From NCBI RefSeq assembly GCF_006345805.1, contig NC_043003.1:13640001-13704000 (forward strand): a DNA stretch of 64,000 nt, written 5' to 3'. The notes under the pieces are model-generated. The model did not search any database. It was given only the letters and a program-made list of their open reading frames with translations, and had not been told where the DNA came from. How positions within the stretch are numbered: position 1 is the stretch's first letter; the number at the start of each line of letters is the position of its first letter. This stretch comes from Octopus sinensis. Lineage: Eukaryota. The position numbers and the translations under genes are program-made. This document shows, one piece after another, positions 27,180-41,325 of this stretch.

Positions 27180-27845
27180 CATACATACATATAAGAGACC
27201 AAAGTGTACATACACCACTATATGTATACATAAAAAAAGAATACAAAAACGGGACAAGAACGCAAAACACCCAGACAGATGATACAAAAAAAGGACAAGG
27301 AAAAACAAGGACAGGTCATTCAGAGCTTTCTTTCACCCATCAAGTTCCAGATTTTGTATTCTTTATATATACACAATGAGCTTCTTTCAGTTTCCAACTA
27401 CCATATCCGTACACAAGGCTTTGGTTGACCTGAGAGTATAGAGTAGAAGGCACTACTTGTCCAAGGTGTCATGAAGTGGGACTGAACCCAGAACCATGTG
27501 GCTGGGAAGCTAACTTCTTACCACACAGCCACACCTGTGCATATCTGCTTGATTAAGGTTGATCAAGGGTTACAACAACGACAACAACAACAGCATACAG
27601 AGACTTTTTGACATCACACACACACATACATACATACATACACATTCATGCATTTACACAAACGTATATGATTATGACAGGACGTGCATACACACATGCA
27701 TGTACGTAGATTCTTCACTCCCCACAACACACACAAATAGACAAACAGACAGACAGACGGACAATATTTATATAGGCAGTGAAGTGGCAGAAATGTTAGT
27801 GTATCTTACAAAATGCTTTCTGTTATCTGTTCCGGCTCGTTATGT

Positions 27846-28826
27846 AGGGTAGATGATGTGACTAGGGATATGAAGGCTGGGAAAGCAGCTGATCCGTCAG
27901 TGATAGTTGCAGAGAAGCCTAAAATATTTGGTGGAAGCAGGGCAATATGCTAGTCACTTGAATAGTTAATCAAATAATATACAAGGAGCCATACCTAATG
28001 ACTGGTATAGCAGCAAACAGTATCATCACAAACTGTTACAAAAGTAAAGGAGATGCGATAGAAAGAGAGAGATAGACTATGGAGGCATGAAATTTTTGGA
28101 TCAGGTTATAAAAGACATGAAAGGTTGTGGAAAAATGGAAAAATTGATTAGGAACAGGATTGGCCTCAATGAAATACAATTTGGCTCTTGTGTCAGGAAG
28201 GGGTGCTCATCAATGCTTTATATTCTTAGTGAGACTACGGCAGAAAAATTACTTAGTGAAAAGTAAGACCCTAAAACTTTAACATTTTTTTAGTGGCCAC
28301 CCAATCTAAGAGTGAGGAACCTTCTCAAAGACCTTGATGAATGCTAAGTGAGACTACTGCAGAAAAATTACTAAGTGAAAAGTAAGACCCTAAACTTAGC
28401 ATTCATCAAGGTCTTTGAGAAGGTCCCTCACTCTTAGATTGGGTAGCAACTAAAAAAAATGTCAAAGGTAGATGAATAGCTTGTGAAAGCAATACAAGTC
28501 ATGTTCAATTGTGTGTTCAGCAATGAATTTAGTATGCACGCAGGAGTATATCAGTATACTCAGTTCTCAGTTCCCTCCTGCTTATTACAGTTCTCCAAAC
28601 CATAACAGAGGAGTCTGAGACTGGCTGTCCAATGGGAACATCTCTGTGTAGATGACCTAGTTCTCATTGCTGAAAGTGGAGTTGATTTAGAGAAGAAATT
28701 CCAGATAGGGAAGCAAAATGTGAAATTGAGATGCCTCAACATAAACTTAGCAAAGACTAAAGTAAATAAAAAAGAAGACAGGATTCAGTTACCATTTGGG
28801 GGAAATGGCCAAGACTGAACTGATAT

Positions 28827-28864
<38 letters not shown>

Positions 28865-29600
28865 AAAGAAAATAAGACACAAACTATATATGGTGTTTCC
28901 AATATAAACTATGGATGCACAGAAGTTGTAGCAGCATCAAAGCAGGTTCAGAGAACAGGTAGTCTACTGGAAGAGCAAATGGGAAACAGATTAACAGATT
29001 ATCCCAGATGACTGGAAGGCTCTCTAGAATCATGTGACAGCTTTTGGTGACCTACTTGGCTGCAGTTATGTTCTCTAAGTGTAGTAGCCAGAGTAAGCAA
29101 GCTGGAAAAAAGTCCAAGGATATATTACCTCTACTGGTAACAAAAAGGGTCTCTTTCAGGGCAAAGGGCAGATGGTATAATGCTGCTTATGTATGATGTG
29201 AGATGTTGCATGAGAGAAGGGAGAGAGAGGGCCTTGAATGCCAAAGATTTGCAAAGACAAGACAGAAGTGAAACAAGTGGGTTACATTCTATATGCGATT
29301 TTAGTAGTGTGAATGATGACAAAGTACAAATGAATCGAGAGGGAGGAACTGGATGCCAAAGGAATGAAGATGCAGTGTGTAGAGAGAAGCTAGCACTGGT
29401 ACAAGGTATATGATGTCTATAGACACATGTATGAAGTGTTGAGCACTCAAAGGGGGAGACCAAGGAAAACTCATGGTGAACTAATGAGGACAGATCTTAA
29501 GATGTTGCAACTCACGAAGGAAGTGATGAGATGACAAAGAACTGTGACTGACGATTGGTGAATATGCAGTGCGAGAGAGGATCCAACCACTTGCACAAGC
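27846..29600 (+). pseudogene. Degenerate RTE-clade LINE reverse transcriptase
   Basis: Hand-translated motifs DMKAGKAADPS, IPNDW, YKSKGDA, DYGGMKFLDQV, EIQFG, LCVDDLVLIAES (decayed YADD); many frameshifts. Confidence 0.8.
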
Positions 29601-29671
29601 TTGGAGAAACAAATTTCTCTGAGAAGCTCCTGCAGTTTCTGCATGGGGCAAAGCATTTCCAATATATATTC

Positions 29672-30037
29672 CTGTGGCTGTGTGGTAAGTAGCTTGCTTC
29701 TCAACCACATGGTTCTGGGTTCAGTCCCAATGTGTGGCACCTTCAGCAAGTGTCTTCTACTATAGCCTAAGCCTTGCAAGTGGATTTGGTAGACAGAACT
29801 GTAAAGAACTGTGTGTGTGTATATATATATATATATACACGCATATATGTATATACACATATATGCATGTTTTTGTGTTTATCCCCCAACTGGTGTTGGT
29901 GTGTTTACATCCCCATAATTTAGTGATCCAGCAAGACATTGCCAGACCAAATGCTAGATTAAAAAAAAGGTCAATTTGCTTGACTTAAAACCCTTTAAGG
30001 TGGTGCCCCAGTATGGCCAGTCTATTGACAGTAACAG
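29672..30037 (+). mobile_element. Family A SINE, diverged
   Basis: GTGGCTGTGTGGTAAGTAGCTTGC...GGTTCAGTCCC head and tail remnants. Confidence 0.75.
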
Positions 30038-30040
30038 ATG

Positions 30041-30072
<32 letters not shown>

Positions 30073-30076
30073 CCAT

Positions 30077-30262
30077 GATAGATCGGTAGCAACTACACAT
30101 TCTTTACTTTCTCTCATTGTTTCTTTCTGTGTTCCTCTCTGTGGAAGAGCGCAGGCTCGAAACGTAAAAGACTTTTTCAATTCCCAAGTGTTATACAAAA
30201 ACATCTGTTTGTTTTCTACACCACCTGTCTTCGTCTTGTGTTTTTTTTTTGTGAATTCTCCC
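30077..30262 (+). mobile_element. Family H2 repeat
   Basis: CTGTGGA-A-GAGC-GCAG-GCTC-GAAAC-GTA-AAAG at ~30139-30170; between (TA)n tracts. Confidence 0.65.
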
Positions 30263-33200
30263 TATATATATATATATATATATATAAATAAAATGTACTC
30301 ATCTACTCACACACCACACACACACACAACTTTATTAATATTATTAATTTATTAAGCATATCATTAAATCCTTACTATCGGTTGGTGCCTATATTTAGGT
30401 GGCTGTAATGCTTGTCATTTCCATCTAGAAATGACAAATATCACTGAACTTAGATGAATGAACTCCCACTCTATGCTCATAATACTTTCACACCACAGCA
30501 TGGATTTAATAACAGTACAACGGCCTGAATATAAATAAATAAATACCCTTATGCATACTCTATGTACCACAGCATTTAAAAGTATTTCTACAGCTAAAAA
30601 CCATTCACAAGAGTTATTAAGTTTAAATTTCAGATGAGAGGAAAAAAAGAAGCTGCTAAGAGAAAAAATATAATAGTAATAATAAAAAGAAGAAAAGATT
30701 TAAGGAAATTCTGTTCACTGAAAGAAGTGTTAAGTTTTACAAGGCAGCCAGCCCCTGACTCAGGCACAGCATAACACTGATTCATTCATTAGTAGTGGTA
30801 AAGGGGACAGCGAAAAGACAAGGCACAATAATGATGATATAGTGGTCTTAAGTGACAGCTGGCGAATGAGAGGCCAACCTCTCAAGCAGATGGCGTTTTT
30901 CTTGGTTGCATTCTGGAATGCGTAGTGCATGCAACATCCCAATGTGTAGGGAATAGGAGTCTCTTGCTTTGTTGTAAAAAAAAAAAAAAAAAACAACAAC
31001 TTATTGCTAGCAGCTGCTAAGACGATTAGCATTTGTGACGTTGCCTTGCTGCCCATGTGCAGAATGTTCGGCTGGCTCGTTGTGCAAGGAGATGGAAGGT
31101 TTCGATTAATCTGATACTTATAGAGTGATTTTTTCTTTTACACTGTAAAGGCCATCCGATTTCCTATACGTGTTATATCAGCATGTGTGTGTGTGTGTAA
31201 TCATTGAGTTTACAACCACTTTGTTCCATGCTCGCATTTATTTGATTAAAAGAAAAAAAAAAGTTTTTTTTAATTTTTAAAAATATTTTTGTTGTTTTTG
31301 TAAAATCTCAGAAAATAATTAAAAATTCACATTTTTTGTCAAATAATTTTGTTATATTTCTCTATCTATCCAACTGTAAGCATTTTAAATATTTCACCAA
31401 CTTTTTGTTATAACTTGGCAAAAGGGTACATTTTTTGCCAAAAATTGCTAAATTTTGTTCCCCCAGTCTTCTTTAACCACAACCAGAATCATAAACTTTC
31501 CCTTGAAAATATTTCAAACTAGTCAAAGTTGAGACCTAATACATTGAGTTGGTGTTATATTGTTAGATGCTTACAAAATCACCAAGTTATGGGATAGATT
31601 GTTCATGAAACATGCAAACAAATACACTGTCGCTTGAATGGCACTGATAAGAAGACACAGGAAAACAAACAATTGCACACATCCACAAAAATTTGACATA
31701 GACACCAAGAGCCATGCCCAGGCTTGCATCTTGGAGAAGAGCTTTCAGGTAGCAGCTCTATAGTTCCATAAATCAGAAGATGGTATTAGTAGCAAGCAAC
31801 TTCACTTTTGGAGAAAGAGAGAGTCTTGCTTAACCCTTTACTGTTCACATTATTCTGCCAAAATGAATGCTTTTTCATCCATATTGTTTTGAATTAATCA
31901 TGCATTATCTTGTAGCTATGAGGTTTTGATGAGGTAGCAGTTAAATTTTAAAACGATATTGTAGGGTTGGTGTGAGAGACCAGATCTGGCCAGTTTGAAC
32001 AGAAAACAGGCGGAATACTTTTGGCCGGATATGACCGGTTTAAATGCTAAAGGGTTAAACCACCTCACTGTTTCAATGTTGAATAGCAGTAACAAGTTTG
32101 TCCCTCTCCAACTATTCTTTTCATTTTCATGGCTCTTTTGTTTATAAGGATGGTTTAATCTAGTTAAAATGGTTGGAACATCTACAAGAAATACTGTTTA
32201 TATAAGATAAATAATGATAAAGAACTTCCGAAGTCCATGAATTTCACTGTGCTATGACTAGGGTATTTTAATGTCGAAATATCAACTATAAAGACAATTT
32301 ATTACAGAAAGAGAGTGAAGTAAATTGATACAAAACCACTCGGTATAAGCTTTATTAGTTCATTTATCTTGCATAAATACTACTTTTAGAAGCTGCTCTA
32401 TTTCAAATACGCACAAGTATTTATTTAACCAAATGAAGTGCCATGAGGGAAAGAAGAATGAGAAAGGAAAAAAATTACTACTGCTATTCAACATACAAGC
32501 AGATGGAAGATTTTGATGAGATTTTTTTTTTTTCCCTCTCTGATGGAAAAGAAGGTTGTATGCTACTAACATTGTATTTGCAAGCGAATATCTTGTAAAA
32601 AAAATTTGCCAAATGAAGAATACTAAAATGGCCATGTGAGCAACTTGGTGAAGCCCAAACAATATCTGAAGGCCAGTTGTTTTAAAGTGTTATGAAAAGA
32701 CCGTTTTTGGTCGAAATATTAACTTCGTAGTAAATTTATTATGGAAACAAAGTGAGATAAATAGTAGAAAAAAAACATTGTGTATAACTACATTAATTCA
32801 TATGTGTGAGTGCATATGTACATATAAACACACACAGATATATATCTCAGCAGCATTTAACACCCACTTTCCATGTTTGCAAGGCTGTATAATATACATA
32901 CATCTATATTTCGTTTTTGGATTTGGTTAGCAAGATTCTTTATATGAGTTTGTGTGTTGAAGCGTATTCTGTTGTGTCTAGCTTTATAAGGCACAAAAAG
33001 AAAATGACTCTCCCCAGACACAATAGAATATACATCTATATGTTCTATGTAAATGAATATACAGATATATAAAATGAATTCATGTGTTCTATTTATGTGA
33101 TATCCAGATTTATGTGATATCCTTCATATATGCCTCTGTGTATGTGTGTGAGAGCACTATGTATGCATACATAAAATGTTATGCCCTAGGGTTGTAACAA

Positions 33201-33723
33201 CGAAAGATGTTAAGTCTACAAGAATTGTGTAAAAAATGGCTAGTCTAAATAACCATGTTTTATTTTAGGGACTAAACAACAAGAAATAAGGTAGTTTTTT
33301 TGTTTTTTTTGTATAAGGAAAACCTGTGTGCCATTTAAGTATTCAAAGGTTTTGAAAAAGATCATACATATATATCAGGTGATTTCACACTGTTGACAGA
33401 AAAACAACAGGAAGAAATCGAAAGGAAAAACAAATCCCAATCCTAATCCAAGTGAAGAATAGAAATGTTAATACCAAGCTGAAGCCACAGGTAATAATAC
33501 AAAATATTTCTATATTAGAATACATAGAAAATAATAGTAGTAAGAATCCTTTCTATTATAGGCACAAAGCTTGAAATTTCGGGCGAAAGGGTCTGGTTGA
33601 TAACACTGACCCCAGTGCTCGACTGCTACTTATTTTTATTGATCTTGAAAAGATGGATTAAATGTAGCTAAATATTTTGTCTGGCATGCTAATGATTCTG
33701 CCAATTTGCCATCTAAATATTAA

Positions 33724-33836
33724 TAACGAGTACTCAGAGAGCACAAACCTCCGCCAAGACAACACTAATGTCTTCTCGACGATTAGATGATGATTTTTAA
33801 AATGCGAATGTCTGAAATGAACTTGACTGCTCTCAC
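33724..33836 (+). mobile_element. Possible Helentron/Helitron-type non-autonomous end
   Basis: AACGAGTACTCAGAGAGCACAAACCTCCGCCAAG resembles the end of such elements as I recall them; unverified. Confidence 0.35.
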
Positions 33837-35805
33837 ATTTATTTTGAGATGCTCTGTGTTTCTTTCAATTAATTTTAAATATAACAAAGAATTTAGTAAA
33901 ATAACCTAGTTATCATTAACCTAGTGTTAGGAACATAAATTTATGAAAACAAGACATTTGTACTACAGAGCCAAAGCCAGTTTCAACCGGGTTCGTAACG
34001 AAAGGGTTAAATGATGAATGCCTTATTTTGAAGAGTTACAGCATCAAAACATCAGAACTACTGCTCTGAGATGCTCAACCCTTTAGCATTCGGACAAGCT
34101 AGATCTGGTCTATTTGAAGAATATCAGGGCTGGATATGGCCAATTTAAATGGTAATGGGTTAACAGACTGCTACAGAACAAACTTCTGTCGTTTGGTCCT
34201 GTACATCATATCTACTACAACTACATAAATCAAAGCTACTCACTAGTTGTTACTGTTAATCTTTGTAGCTAGTTACCTCATCTTTACTGCATCCCCTCTT
34301 TCAATTTTTGTTGTGATTTACTGCCTTCCTATCAAATCACACACAAAGTAGCGTAACTTGATTGCATAAAAAGAGTCAACAGCCATGCTTCTCTCAACCC
34401 ACAGACTTAACATTTCTGCCATCACTGCACCTCATCGACAACACAAGCTCTCCTCGATAACAATTAGAGCCAGGCTCACCCTCTCCTTATCACATCTGTA
34501 CACCCTTAACACTGTCGCATACCAACCAACATATTTGTGCATTTTTCTCCGCCTTCTCTAGCAGCAAAAAAATACTCTGCACCGTTGCACACGTCTCTAG
34601 TGACAATTATTGTCTTCATATTACAGAGTTTTTCTGAACACTTACTGTAGATAGATATCTCATATTTCCATCAGAAAAATATTTCATGAAACTTTCTCTG
34701 CAACTAACTTGCTTGTTACACCTAACGTCTAATTGCACGGCTGGCTCTTTCTGTGTGTGTGTTTTTTTTTCTTTCCCCCTTTTCTTTTTGCTTATTTCAT
34801 ATCTATAAACAAACAAATGTACCTACACTCACACAAAAATAGACCTTTATATCTCTCTATTTCTTCTTTGGAAACTTACACGTAAAAACTAAAATCTTAG
34901 AAACAAGATGAGTGCAACTAGATAATAATAATAATAATAATAATCTCCCCAGTGTCAGAATTGAAGGCAATGATCTATAGAACATTGAACAAAAGTCTAT
35001 AATGATTTGCAAAGGCGCTGACATTTCTACACACAAAGGTTAGATTGTGTAACGTTTTGTTAGGTTAACCGACCTAGACAGTATTGATAAATAAAAGAGA
35101 AAGAGAATCGAAAAAAAATATATATTTTTAGAAAGCAGGTGTAAAAGAAAAAAAAAATGAGGATTATGTTGGAAATCATACAGGTATCAATCAACTAAAT
35201 GACTTGACATGATTGACAAAATGTGGTTATAGATGGAGGTAGGTGAGTGAGTATAAAAGAAACTCTAGCTACAATGTATAGGAGAATTTCATTCATAATT
35301 CCACTAAAAGTTCCATGCGATTAATGCTCGTTAAGTATTTCACTGTGGAAATCAGCTTATATCCACTCAAAATTTCATCACCCTTAATTATGGAAAGAAA
35401 TTTGTATACCGATCTATTTTTCATTGAGGAATGTCGTGTTTAAAACTATTTGTTTTTTGTTGAGAACATATTCAAATTTATGCAGAAGCATAAAAAAATT
35501 TCTTTTCAATTCTTTTTCTTTTTTATTGATATTTGCAACTGGTTTTATTTTACCATGTTTGTGTTGAACAACACTACTTTTGTTTTAATTAATTTCAAAA
35601 ATAATCAAGAACTTAATAAAATAACTTCATCGTTGTCAATCCGGTATTTGAAACATAAATTAACATGAAATTTTTGTTGGAAACTTTTTATTTGGAACAC
35701 TTATAAACATGAAGTTTGTGTCATAGAACAAGGGTCATTTTGGACGGGTTGGTATCAAAAGGGTTAACATCATTACTGGAATGACCATGAAATCTAATTT
35801 TGCAG

Positions 35806-36367
35806 TTACTGTGAAATAAGGCAGCGGATAACACTAGGCAGAGAGGCAATGGTCAGCATGAGCAAAGTCTCGAAGAGTAGAGACATCAGCCTCGCTACCA
35901 AATGCAGATTGGTGAATGCAATCGTCTTCCCAATAGCAACATATGGATGCGAGACCTGGACACTAAAGAAAGCTGACCAGAAGAGAATTAATGCATTCGA
36001 GCTTTGGTGTTGGAGAAGACTTTTGTGGATTCCATGGACTGCAAGGCTCACCAATGGAGAAGTTCTTAACCAGATCAAGCCAAAACTGTCGCTAGAAGCT
36101 AGGGTCACCAAGCATAGATTGGCATATTTCGGTCATATTATGCGAGAAAATCCCTGGAGAAGGACATCATGCTCGGAATGGTCAGTGGCAAGAGAGAAAG
36201 AGGCCGACCAAGAACCCGCTGGCTTGACACCATCAAGAGTGACACGGGAATAGTCATAGCCAATCTGAAAAAAGTGACCCAGGATAGAACTGGCTGGAGA
36301 ACACTGATCCCTCGAGTAATCGAGAGTCGACCTCGACTAAACGATAGATAGATAGATAGATAGATAG
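35806..36367 (+). mobile_element. 5'-truncated RTE-clade (BovB-like) LINE 3' end
   Basis: ORFs 35849-36253 and 36169-36351 join across one frameshift: TKCRLVNAIVFPIATYGCETWTLKKAD..INAFELWCWRRLL.IPWT..LAYFGHIMR / GKRERGRPRTRWLD; (GATA)n tail. Confidence 0.93.
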
Positions 36368-37073
36368 TGAATCAAGTAGACGATGAAAGATGAATCTTGT
36401 CTTAGACAGAAAATAAATGTTTCCTCACAGGAAACCTGATATCTTTCCTTCAGTTAGATGGAACTGAAGTGATGAAGAATTAAATATTTTAAACAAAAAC
36501 AGAAACACAAAACAATGCCTTCAGCCAAGTTTTAAGGGTCAAAGCATTTGACCACTTTACTCGAGAAAAGTTGATTATGTACTTTTAAGACTCCTCTGAC
36601 TCGTGTATTCCTGATCCTTTTCATTGCTTTGATGAATTTTGGGATATTTGTACGAATTTTAGAACTGGTACGGCTGTATGGTAAGACATTTGTTTCTCAG
36701 TCATATGGTTTTAAGTTCAGTCCCATTATGTCGCAGTTTGGACCAAGTGCCTTCTATTACTGCCTTGGGCTAACCAAAGCCTTGTGAGTGGGTTTGGTAG
36801 ACAGAAATCAGAAAGAAGCCAGTCACATATGTATGAAGGACACTATATTGTTATTAAGAGTCAAGAATCATCTTTATTTTAGCATCTACTTTTTTAATGC
36901 AAGCATGGGTTGGACGGAATTAGTTGAGACTCTTCTTGTTACCAACTCTCACCTGTTTCCAAGTAAGGGGATATTTCCCCAACCCCAGACATGTTTCCAT
37001 GGAAGATTAGCCAAATAGTTAAGAAGCAAGCTATTCAACCACAGAGCCACGTCTAAACTCAAGAAACAATAAT

Positions 37074-37424
37074 GCTGAGACCTCCTCTGGTCATGACTGA
37101 CCATGGGATTGCACCTAGGAAGTTACCCTCCCAGGCACAAGTCCGGGCAAGGTTGTTTTTATGGAAGACCAGCAGTCGCCCATGCATACTGGCCTCCCCT
37201 CTCCATGCCACCAGTGTTATCCAAGAGAAAGGCAAAGGGGCCGATACAGCTTGGCACCAGTGATGTCACAACTCATTTCTACAGCTGAGTGAACTGGAGC
37301 AACGTGAAATAAAGTGTCTTGCTCAAGACACTTTATTTTAACACGCAGCCCGGTCCGGGATTCGAGTTCACAACCTCACGATCATAAGCTCAATGCTCTA
37401 ACCACTGAGCCATGCGCCTTCATT
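37074..37424 (-). mobile_element. Family C SINE with a 13-bp TSD
   Basis: tRNA-like head GGCGCATGGCTCAGTGGTTAGAGC; AAGAAACAATAAT at 37061-37073 and 37425-37437. Confidence 0.9.
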
Positions 37425-38616
37425 AAGAAACAATAATAGTTAATAATATACTCAAGAAATAATAATAGTTACAAATTATAGCACAAAGCCAGCAATTATA
37501 TTTTATTTTGTTTTCATTTTATTTAATTTTATTCTCTTTCTGATTCATCCATTAGGCTAGATGCAATTTTATCCAAGTTTCTAACAATCATATGTTTTCT
37601 CACAAACAGTATATGTTTCTATATTGCCACACATCTCTCAAAAACTGGGCAGGTTTTGTGGATCATTGTCTCTTTGCCTCTCAACATCACATGACAACTG
37701 TGAGTGAGGGCCACCGCCATGTTAAGTGGTGCCTTTCATTTCTAATCTTCCATGGAAACATGTCTGGGGTTGGGGAAATATCCCAGGCGAAGGTTGGCAA
37801 CAGGAAGAGTATCAGCCATGGAAAAATCTGTCTCAACTAATTCCGTCCAACCCATGCAAGCATAAAAAAAGCAGATGCTAAAATAAAGATGATGATGAGT
37901 CTTAATAACAAGATAGTGTCCTCCATACCAATGTTTCAGCCAGGAAATGAAGAATTCAATTGTCAATCCAAAAGTGAGACAAAAGCAAGATGTCTTGAAA
38001 CACTAAACAATGACAGACGATTGAACTACAATGAAGAATGGAACAATAAGACAGTTTCCTTTCTTCCTTCCTTCCACTAGTTTGGGTGTTTGGCTTGAGG
38101 AAGTGATATCAGATCTTTCAACCTCTCAGACAGAATCATGTTGAAGAATGTTGTGTGCCGGAACTGAGATAAGTATCAGAAGAAATATTTATAAGACAAT
38201 GATACATAGCATATTAATCAATTACTTCTATCATTAACCTTCAGTCACGATGACTGTTGACAAAAGGTCCTCGATTGTAGATCAGAACAAAGATGAACAA
38301 ACTTATGATTGAGAGGAATGTACAGAGAAACATTGGACAGTCAGTGAGTATTGGGCCGAAATACTTAGCACATAATGTAGTAGAAAATATGTATAAAGGT
38401 ATGAAGGTGGCAAGCTGGCAGAATCGTTAGCACAACGGACAAAATGCTTAGCGGCATTTCATCCATCTTTACGTTCTGAGTTCAAATTCCACTTTGCCTT
38501 TCGTCCTTTTGAGGTTCACAAAATAGGTACCAGCTGAAGACTGAGGTTGATGTAATTGACTTACATCCCTCCACCAGAATTGCTGGCCTTGTGTCAAAAT
38601 ATGAAAGCAATATATA

Positions 38617-38848
38617 CAGGGTTGGCCAAAAGTCACCCAACAGTAAATCAAAATTTCGTAAACACTATCTGTAATTCTGTATCGACACGAATGGAAAAAT
38701 GTGTCACTCAAGGAAGACTTCAGTTTCAACAATTTCAATTTTCATGATGTTTCATATTTAGATGCTTTTATTAAATTCATTCCATCATAAATAAATCTTG
38801 GAATTAAATGGTTTTGATTTACTGCCAGGTGACTTTTGGCCAACCCTG
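38617..38848 (+). mobile_element. Tc1/mariner deletion derivative
   Basis: TIRs CAGGGTTGGCCAAAAGTCACC / GGTGACTTTTGGCCAACCCTG, TA flanks; retains a transposase C-terminus-like peptide (ICNSVSTRMEKCV..G..QF). Related copy at ~41164-41548. Confidence 0.88.
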
Positions 38849-39889
38849 TATATAAAAGCACAATACAATGTCAGTAGCAAGACCAGAACAAACATCACTA
38901 AGGATCAGTATTGAGATACTTTGATTAGCAAGTCTAATAATTCGCACACACCATCATCATTGTTTTAATAGCCGCTTTTCCATGCTTGCATGGGTCGGGC
39001 AGAATTAGTTGGGGGCAGATTTTCTATGGCTAGATGCCCTTCCTGTTGCCGAAGCACGCCTATTTGCAGCTAAGGTAATATTTTTTCCATTGCTAGACAT
39101 GTTTTCACAGAAATGAAGGACACTGCTTGTATGACAGTGACACTCCTTTACAACAATCACGAGATGTTAAGACAAGGGCACACCAACCCGAACACACTTA
39201 TATACATGATGGGCATCTTCCACTTTCTGTTTATCAAATCTACTCCCAAGGTGCTCGAGGTGCCACACAGTAGAACTGAACCCAGAGCCAAATAGTTAAG
39301 AAGCAAGCTATTTAACCACAAAGCCATGTCTAGACTCAAGAGTCAATAGCTACAAAATATAGCAATTTTAGGGAGGGGCTAAATCGATTATGTTGACCCT
39401 AGTGTTGAACAGGAACTTATTTTATTGATCCTGAAGCATAGAAAGGCTAAGCTGACCTTGACGGAATTCGAACAAGAAATAATGATAATAATAAATGATA
39501 ACATCTAGAGCAAACACCCTGTTTTTGAGAGATGTGTAGCAATATAGAAAAATATACTGTTTGTGAGAAAACATATGATTGTGAGAAACTTGGATAAAAT
39601 TGCATCTAGCCTAATGGATGAATCAGAAAGAGAATAAAATTAAATCAAAATAAAAATATATATATATATATACAAAATGAAATAAATGTATGGTTCAGAG
39701 GAGATATTAGATGAGATTGTCTTTGAATGGAGAAGCTTAAGTTGAAACTGAAATTTGCTGAAGATAAGGAATGAGTCACTTCGCATTTCGAGACACAAGC
39801 CACCAGAGGTAGAAAAATGCCAATTGCTGAAGCAACAACTGTTAAGCAAGCCTTCTTATGTGTATATCTTCCCCCCCTCTCTCTCTCTC

Positions 39890-39928
<39 letters not shown>

Positions 39929-41325
39929 CTGTTCTAACATTCTCTCCTCTGCCACTTTTTAAAAAGACAGGATGCAATGAAGCTTTTCTCCATTCAGAAG
40001 CATAAACGGACACTATAGTCCGAGTCGCATTCAACCAATTTATTAGACACTCATTTAATTACCAATCACCACCTTAATATACTTATCGTCGATAACTACC
40101 GAGCATACAATGGCACTCTTTACAAACGGCCACAATGGGAATTTCCAACAGGAGGGGGGGGGAGAGAAAAAAAACAAACAAACACACCCATGTGCATGAG
40201 TGTGTATGTGTGTGTGTGCGTGCGTGCGTACATGTGTGTGTGTGTATATGTATGTGTGTGTGTGTGTGTGTGTGTGCATATATCTTGTGCCAGACTTTGA
40301 ATCACGCCAATACTCTCATTCGAAAAATTATTTTGCTCAGTAGCTTAAAAGTTATTATCATTATTGTTATTATTATTATTACTATCAATATCCTTATCAT
40401 TATCATCAATATCATCATCACCATCATCATCATCATTATTATAATATACTACACCACTGCTTCTTTGCGCAGGCAAATTGATAATGCTGAAATGAACGCA
40501 GAATTTCTCTGAAACATTATGATTATCAGCATTATTATTATTATTATTATTATTATTGCTATACATCTTTGCAGACAAAACTACAGATAACATGCTCTGA
40601 GTAGTTATTGATGACATCAATAACTTCTTATTATATAACATCTGAAAAGTTAATCAAATCAACACAAGTTTAGTCTTTGTAGTAAAGTTACACGGCAAAC
40701 AAAGAGATTTGAGAAATGGTTTTGAAATCCAACACAGTTGCAAAGCAACAGCTTCGTTTTTCTCTTCTTTGTTTTGGTTCTGTACTTTAAAAGAAATTCT
40801 TGCCCAACAGTTATGATTAAATCACACAAAATCGCAATTACTGGTGTAGAAACGATATGATGATGCAAAAGTGGGCGGATAATTAAAAGCTGCCTCTCCT
40901 AAGTTTTACAAGCCTGCGTTTTGTAATTTTAAATTCGGCATCGATTTTCAGCATCCACTTTTCCATGCTTGCATGGGTCAGATGGAATTTTGCTGAAGGT
41001 GGATTTCCTGTAGCTGGAAACACTTTGTATCGCCCAGCCCTCACCTGTTTCCAAGCAAGGTAATATTTCCCCATGACCAGACATGTTTTTCACTGAAGAT
41101 TGGATATGAAGGACAACTATCACACAATGTCAAGCCCAGGCAACAGCAACATACACACACACACAGGGCGGGCCAAAAATCACGCACAAAATAATTTCAA
41201 TACACTCTAGAATTGTCAAAGACCTGCTTTAATTTTTCTAAAATTGAATAAAATAGATAAAATGATGGTGAATACTCATATACTTGTATGTGATGAATAA
41301 AACGAATAATAATAATAATAATAAT

